From positions 505,062 through 569,061 of the forward strand of contig CAVYEC010000002.1 of NCBI GenBank assembly GCA_963767535.1: 64,000 nucleotides of DNA. The letters run 5' to 3'. This document shows, one piece after another, positions 59,078-64,000 of this stretch; the first letter of the stretch is position 1, and each line of letters opens with the position of its first letter. The position numbers and the translations under genes were made by a program. The notes under the pieces were generated by a model. It searched no databases and had not been told where the DNA came from. It saw only the letters and a list, made by a program, of their open reading frames with translations. The stretch is from an uncultured Planctomycetota bacterium. Its GTDB lineage: Bacteria; Planctomycetota; Planctomycetia; Gemmatales; Gemmataceae.

Positions 59078-60170
59078 CGCTTCCTCCCCAGATGCAGGGC
59101 GCGGTAGAAGAAGCTGCGGTCGCGGCCGTGAAGTTGTTGCGCATCCTCGGCCTGCCAGGAGAATCCCTGGCCCAGACCGCGGATGTCGAGCGTCGAGTTG
59201 AGCTGCCGAACGAGCACCCAGCCGCCCAGACGCAGGGCCGCGTGAGTGAGGTCGAGGGCGGCCCGTCCCTCTTCGGGACTGAGCCAGTCGAGGATGTTGG
59301 ACAGGTGGACGAAGTCATATTCGCCGGGCGCTCGGCCCAGCGCCTCGGACATGGTAGTGGTGTTCCAGGTGATCTCCGGCACTCGATGCGGCGTCGGCTC
59401 GGCCAACCACGGCGCCTCCGTGCCCGCGGGATAACGGCCGGCGAGGACTTGCCAGAGGTAGGGATTGTCGGCGGCGGGAAAGGTCGCGAGGACGTGGCGC
59501 GTTCGCCGTGCGAAGTGACGGGCGAACGGCTCGACGCGGTTGCCCGTGGCTCCTTCGCCGAAGAGATGGACGAGGATCGACAAATCCATCGCCCGCTCGA
59601 AGGCGTCGTCCAGCGCTGGCCCCAGGGCGGTCTCCGGGTCCACCCGCCGTGCTTGCTCGGCCGGATCGCGCAAGGATAACAGTAGTTGCACCGCCAGCGC
59701 GTGCGGTCCCAATTCCTTCCGCAACTGGGCGAAGACGCGCTCGTAGCGGCCGGCGTGATCGGGGCCTTCTTTGGCCCAAACGCGCGGCGGCCCGATCGCG
59801 TCGTCCGCCAGCGCGAGGAGTCGCAAGGCCGCAGACAGTCGCTCTTCTCGCTCCTTCGCCGGCATCAGGGTGTGTCCCAGAAGGGCCAGCCGGTCGGCTC
59901 GGTCGAAGTTTTGAAGCAAGTGTATTTTCAAGCGTGCCAGGGCGATCTGGGCCGGGTTGGGATCCACGACATCGACTCGCGCCCGCGGCCACGGGCCGCC
60001 AGGAAAGCCAGCGTGCAGCCGCCCGAAGCGATCATGAGGATGCGTGCCCCCGGATCAAGCTTCGTGACGACCCAGTCGTCGAGAAGAGGATCTTCCCGCA
60101 CCTGGGCAAACGCTACCGGCAGTTTTGCGGCTTCCGAAACCCACGATGGTATTATCTTCTCCATGTGCAA
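59074..60170 (-). CDS. DUF3419 (BtaA-like, SAM-dependent 3-amino-3-carboxypropyl-transferase-type) protein; frame break ~59980
   Basis: N-terminal FAQVREDPLLD and ILMIASGGCTLAFLAA. Later DFVHLSNILDWL. The pattern is typical of DUF3419/BtaA. Confidence 0.6.
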
Positions 60171-60179
60171 TTTCCGGAT

Positions 60180-60971
60180 TCAACCCTTTGTTTTCATCAC
60201 TGTGTCGTCCTTGCGGGCGAGCGTTTCTTTTTCATCGCCCTCTTGCCCGACCTCCCCAACGCGCAGTTTCGGAAAGTAAACCATGTTTCGCAAGAGGCTC
60301 GGATCTTCCGGCAGGCGGAAGAACGCCCCCCGGCGCAACACGTAAACCAACCCGGCGACCCAAAGGCCCAGCAAGGCCAGGCCATAGCCGATACTGAAGA
60401 AACGCAAGGGCGTCTCGGGAAAAAGCAACGGGATGAGCAAACCGGCCGGGTAAAGCACGCGAAACAACCAGCGATCATGAAAGGTCCGCCGCGTGCGGTC
60501 GGCGTCGAGGGACATAAACGCCTTCTCGCACTGATCGTTGATGATCCAGACACTAAAGGCGAACATCATGCCCGGCATGTGGTGCAGGAAGAACATCACC
60601 ATGTAAGCGAGGTAATAAAGCTTGCACAGGTAGGAAATCAGATAGCGGAACGGATGCCAGTCGATGCGCCGCCGCCGCACTCGGGCGACGATCACGAGGG
60701 CGAGTACCGTCACGAAGCCAGGACCCCACCACAAAAAAAGCACCATCGACAGCCAATCGCCGTACAGGACGGCCAACACGAAAGCGACGGTCTGCAAGAT
60801 CGTGAGGGGCAGGCCGGCCAATTCCGTCAGCACGGCATTGTCGGGGGCCTTGCCCATGCCGCGCCAGAGGCGGCGGGCAATGCGGACGCTATGCAGAAGG
60901 GTAAAGGCGAAGGACCAGAGGATGAGCAGAGGAGAGGATTGCTCCAGAAACCGACTGATTTCAGATGACAT
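60180..60971 (-). CDS. Multi-pass membrane protein, first gene of the 61.0-56.6 kb minus-strand operon
   Basis: About 7 TM segments. I recognise no family. 10-nt gap to the next gene. Confidence 0.5.
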   Translation of the reverse strand: MSSEISRFLEQSSPLLILWSFAFTLLHSVRIARRLWRGMGKAPDNAVLTELAGLPLTILQTVAFVLAVLYGDWLSMVLFLWWGPGFVTVLALVIVARVRRRRIDWHPFRYLISYLCKLYYLAYMVMFFLHHMPGMMFAFSVWIINDQCEKAFMSLDADRTRRTFHDRWLFRVLYPAGLLIPLLFPETPLRFFSIGYGLALLGLWVAGLVYVLRRGAFFRLPEDPSLLRNMVYFPKLRVGEVGQEGDEKETLARKDDTVMKTKG

Positions 60972-61051
60972 GGGCAAACCCTCGCTCGCGGAAAGGTCCT
61001 CCCCTCCAGGCACGAACCGCGAAAGTTTGTCACGACCCAAATCCCGACCGG

Positions 61052-62083
61052 CTAGCGCCCGATGGTCAGTACAACGCGAAAACGCGCCTTGCCGCTCATC
61101 ATGCGATCGTAAGCCTCGCTGACACGATCCTGCGGGAAGGTCTCATTCATCGACCGCACGCCGGTGCGGGCACTGAAGGCGAGCGTGTCCTCCGAGTCGA
61201 TGGCCGTCCCGGAATACCAGCCCTTGACCGAGCGGCAGCCGCTGAGAAGCTGCAAGGGCGACACCTGCATCGAGGCCGCGGCCCCGACGATCAACAGCGT
61301 GCCGTTGACGGCCAGGCCGCCTTGAACCGCGCTCATCGCCTCGCCACTGGTCGCCGTCGCCAGGATCACCTTGGCGCCGCCCAGCTTGACAAGCTCCGCC
61401 GCGGGATCCTGAGCCTGGCTGTCGATGTAAACCGACGCGCCCAACTGGCGGGCAAGCGGTTCCTTGTCCTTGCCGCGGGCGATGCCGACGGTGTGAAAGC
61501 CCATCCGCACGGCGTACTGAACGGCGAGGTGGCCGAGTCCGCCCAGGCCCAGCACGGCGACGACATCGCCCGGCCGAGCGCCGCTGTTGCGCAGGGCGTT
61601 GAAGGTGGTGATGCCGGCACACATCAGAGGGGCCGCGTCAACCGGCGGCAGTTCGGCCGGCATCCGCGCGACGGCACTGGCCGGGGCGAGCATGTATTCG
61701 GCATAACCGCCGTCGAAGGTGATTCCCGTGATTTGACCCGTCACACAAGCGAAAAAGTCGCCCCGCCGGCAATGTCTGCAATGCCCGCAATAGCCGCCAT
61801 GCCAGCCGACGCCGACGCGCTGGCCGGACGACAATCCGGCGACGCCGGGACCGACCGCATCGACGACCCCGGACACCTCGTGGCCGGGGACACGCGGATA
61901 CGGAATGCCCGGATAAAGTCCCTCTTTAAGGAGGGAATCGCTGTGGCAGATGCCGCACGCCAGCACCTTGATCCGCACCGTTCCGACGACCGGCTCCGGG
62001 ATCGGTCGTTCGACTATCTCAAAGGGGCCGTTCGGTCGGGAAACCTGCACAACACGCATCGTTGCCATAGCTCCTCCAGTCAT
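61052..62083 (-). CDS. Zinc-dependent alcohol dehydrogenase (MDR family)
   Basis: GICHSD, GHEVSGVV, CGHCRHCRRGD structural-zinc loop, GLGGLGHLAVQYA. Confidence 0.88.
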   Translation of the reverse strand: MTGGAMATMRVVQVSRPNGPFEIVERPIPEPVVGTVRIKVLACGICHSDSLLKEGLYPGIPYPRVPGHEVSGVVDAVGPGVAGLSSGQRVGVGWHGGYCGHCRHCRRGDFFACVTGQITGITFDGGYAEYMLAPASAVARMPAELPPVDAAPLMCAGITTFNALRNSGARPGDVVAVLGLGGLGHLAVQYAVRMGFHTVGIARGKDKEPLARQLGASVYIDSQAQDPAAELVKLGGAKVILATATSGEAMSAVQGGLAVNGTLLIVGAAASMQVSPLQLLSGCRSVKGWYSGTAIDSEDTLAFSARTGVRSMNETFPQDRVSEAYDRMMSGKARFRVVLTIGR

Positions 62084-62142
62084 CTATCGCCACCCTCGAA
62101 GGGTTCGCGGAAATGCTCCATCTGCCGCAGAGGAAGGCCGGT

Positions 62143-62562
62143 CTACATGAAGAAGATCGGCCGCTTGAACTTCCGGGCCTTGGCACACAGATCGAGCAAT
62201 GCCTCGAATATATTCCGGCCGCCGACAACATGGACGCAATCGTAGAGCGACTTGGCGCCGACCCGATACTTGGCGGCATGCTCCAGGCCGCCTACCGGCT
62301 CCTCTGGCGGGAGCTTCTGGAATGCTTTGGCAATCACGCGTAGTTCCCGCTCCAACAGCGGGATGTCTTCCAGCGGCCACTCCCCATCGCAGTCTGAGTG
62401 ATTCATCAGAACTGGGTACTTGGAATCGTCCAGGTGTTTGGAGATGAGGTCGCGGAAAGCGCCGAAGTCGCTGTAGGCTCCCACATCGCATTCGGCCAAC
62501 TCCGTAGGCTCTTCGTCTTCGAAAGGTGGGTCACGATCCAGGATGTATAGGCACAATCCCAT
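62143..62562 (-). CDS. Hypothetical acidic cytoplasmic protein (immunity-protein-like appearance; not confidently assigned)
   Basis: MGLCLYILDRDPPFEDEEP..VGAYSDFGAFRDLI..NHSDCDGEWP. Start chosen at the internal ATG. Confidence 0.4.
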   Translation of the reverse strand: MGLCLYILDRDPPFEDEEPTELAECDVGAYSDFGAFRDLISKHLDDSKYPVLMNHSDCDGEWPLEDIPLLERELRVIAKAFQKLPPEEPVGGLEHAAKYRVGAKSLYDCVHVVGGRNIFEALLDLCAKARKFKRPIFFM

Positions 62563-62708
62563 ATCACTCTCCGCATCGCTAAACTTGTGATTCGGCTTGC
62601 GTGCCCAAGCAGCGGTATCTGCGACCGGCTTTGTCTGCCTAGCTCTCCAGCACAAGGCGGATTCTCCCGCGCCTTCCCTCATGGATCAACCGAAGTCCAT
62701 CACTCCTT

Positions 62709-63632
62709 TCACGCGAGAATCTCCGCCAGCGCCGCCTCCAGCGTCGGATACTGAAATGAGTAACCCAACCCCAGCGCTCGCTTGGGCAGGACGCGCTGGC
62801 CGGTCACGACGAGGGACGCCGCCTCGCCGATGAGTACGCGGAGCGCCAGACCCGGCGTCCTCACGAACGCGGGGCGATGAAGCACGCGGCCCAGCGTTTT
62901 GCCGAAATCGCGGTTGGTGACGGGATGGGGAGCCGTGCCGTTGATCGGCCCTCGTGCATCGGAGTTATCGAGAGCGAGCAGGAACAGGCCGATCAGGTCG
63001 GCGTGATGGATCCAGCTCATCCACTGCCGTCCGCTGCCGACGGGACCGCCGGCACCCATCTTGAATGGCGTCAGCAATTTCGCCAGGGCGCCGCCTTCCT
63101 TATCCAGGACGACGCCGACGCGGATCATGGCGCAGCGGACGCCGGCCGACTCCACAGCGTGGGCGGCCGTTTCCCACTCGATACACAGACGGGCCAGGAA
63201 GTCCGAGCCGGGCGGGCTGTCTTCTGTCAGTTCTTCATCACCGCGCGGGCCGTAGAAGCCGATGGCGGAAGCGTTCACGAGGACTTTCGGTTGGCCGTCG
63301 GCTCGCGTCGGCTTTCGGCCCAGTGCCTCGACGACTCGCTGCGTGGACTGAATGCGACTGTCGTGCAGCAGAGTTTTGAACGCCGCGTTCCACCGACGGC
63401 CGAAGACGTTTTCGCCGGCCAGGTGGATGACGGCATCACAATCGGCGACGGCATCCATCCACTCGCCGCCATGCATGGGATCGCCCTCGACCAGTGTTAC
63501 CTCGGGGCCGAATTGCTGGCGGGCGTGGCCGTAGCGGCGCGTGAGGATCACCGGCTGATCGCCGCGCTCGCGCAGCTTTTTGATGAGCCGCCGTCCGACC
63601 AATCCCGTACCGCCCGTGACGAATGCGCGCAT
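62709..63632 (-). CDS. TIGR01777-family NAD-dependent epimerase/dehydratase (YfcH-like, C-terminal DUF1731)
   Basis: MRAFVTGGTGLVGRRL Rossmann N-terminus. C-terminal ..LTGQRVLPKRALGLGYSFQYPTLEAAL. Confidence 0.8.
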   Translation of the reverse strand: MRAFVTGGTGLVGRRLIKKLRERGDQPVILTRRYGHARQQFGPEVTLVEGDPMHGGEWMDAVADCDAVIHLAGENVFGRRWNAAFKTLLHDSRIQSTQRVVEALGRKPTRADGQPKVLVNASAIGFYGPRGDEELTEDSPPGSDFLARLCIEWETAAHAVESAGVRCAMIRVGVVLDKEGGALAKLLTPFKMGAGGPVGSGRQWMSWIHHADLIGLFLLALDNSDARGPINGTAPHPVTNRDFGKTLGRVLHRPAFVRTPGLALRVLIGEAASLVVTGQRVLPKRALGLGYSFQYPTLEAALAEILA

Positions 63633-63671
63633 AACAGCGCTCCCCTCCCCATAGCCCCAGCTTACCGGGGG

Positions 63672-64000
63672 CTAGGTAATCCAGTGGACCGGATCGGTTT
63701 CGCGCTTGCTGGCCCAGACGTGCAGAGTTGGCCATTGACCGCGCAGGCGCTCGGCCAGATCCTCGACGCCGCAGCGCTCCGTGGCGTAGTGGCCGGGCAG
63801 AATCAGAGCGAGACCGCGGGCGCGGGCGCTGAGGTAATCGTGAAAGCGCAGCTCGCCGGTCAGCAGCACGTCGGCCTGCGCCCGCATGGCGTCCGTCAGC
63901 AATTCGCCGCCGGCGCCGCACACAATGGCCAAGCGCTCGACCGTCCGCCCTGGATCGCCGACCGTTTGCACCGGCCCGGCACCAAGGACGGTCTTGACCC
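63672..64000 (-). CDS. NIF3-family dinuclear metal centre protein (C-terminal part; 5' end beyond the window)
   Basis: ..IVCGAGGELL..DVLLTGELRFHD..LILPGHYATER is the NIF3/YbgI C-terminal signature. Confidence 0.75.
   Translation of the reverse strand, partial: VKTVLGAGPVQTVGDPGRTVERLAIVCGAGGELLTDAMRAQADVLLTGELRFHDYLSARARGLALILPGHYATERCGVEDLAERLRGQWPTLHVWASKRETDPVHWIT

Overview
High-GC bacterial chromosome segment. The protein set (a TIGR02996 repeat-companion + LRR protein, a TPM-domain pair, LolCDE-like transporters) and the repeat content suggest a Planctomycetota, Gemmataceae-like genome; this is an inference. Layout: (i) 1-10.5 kb is the tail of a PKS/PUFA-synthase-type cluster: ACP-KR, AT-DH-PPTase, a free ACP, a hydrolase, two SDRs and two zinc-ribbon methyltransferases. 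(ii) 10.5-19.6 kb is housekeeping: ABC/Lol transporters, lysS, ilvE, usp. (iii) 19.6-21.9 kb holds a Ro60 orthologue (rsr), preceded on the same strand by four tandem Y-RNA-like genes and tRNA-Arg(CCT). Two of the Y-RNA-like genes carry loop-capped, circularly permuted tRNA mimics. (iv) 21.9-36.4 kb is a visibly lower-GC accessory region of small gene cassettes separated by a ~100-nt repeat. It ends in a RecB-like-nuclease::IS66-type transposase gene disrupted twice, once by an IS701-family IS and once by a 3.8-kb SWIM-DDE transposon carrying an RHH protein and a DUF262/DUF1524 GmrSD-like nuclease. (v) 36.4-64 kb is core genes: hslVU, hemC, xseAB, ispA, dxs, nadK, an ABC exporter, a putative aminolipid-type operon, adh and NIF3. 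Intergenic DNA is dominated by long, near-perfect hairpins built from short tandem words, and palindromic elements sit in-frame inside the synthase genes. About two dozen genes, including essential ones, show single-base frame breaks. I interpret these as consensus (assembly) errors rather than true pseudogenes. All coordinates for frame breaks and RNA ends are approximate and were read by eye.
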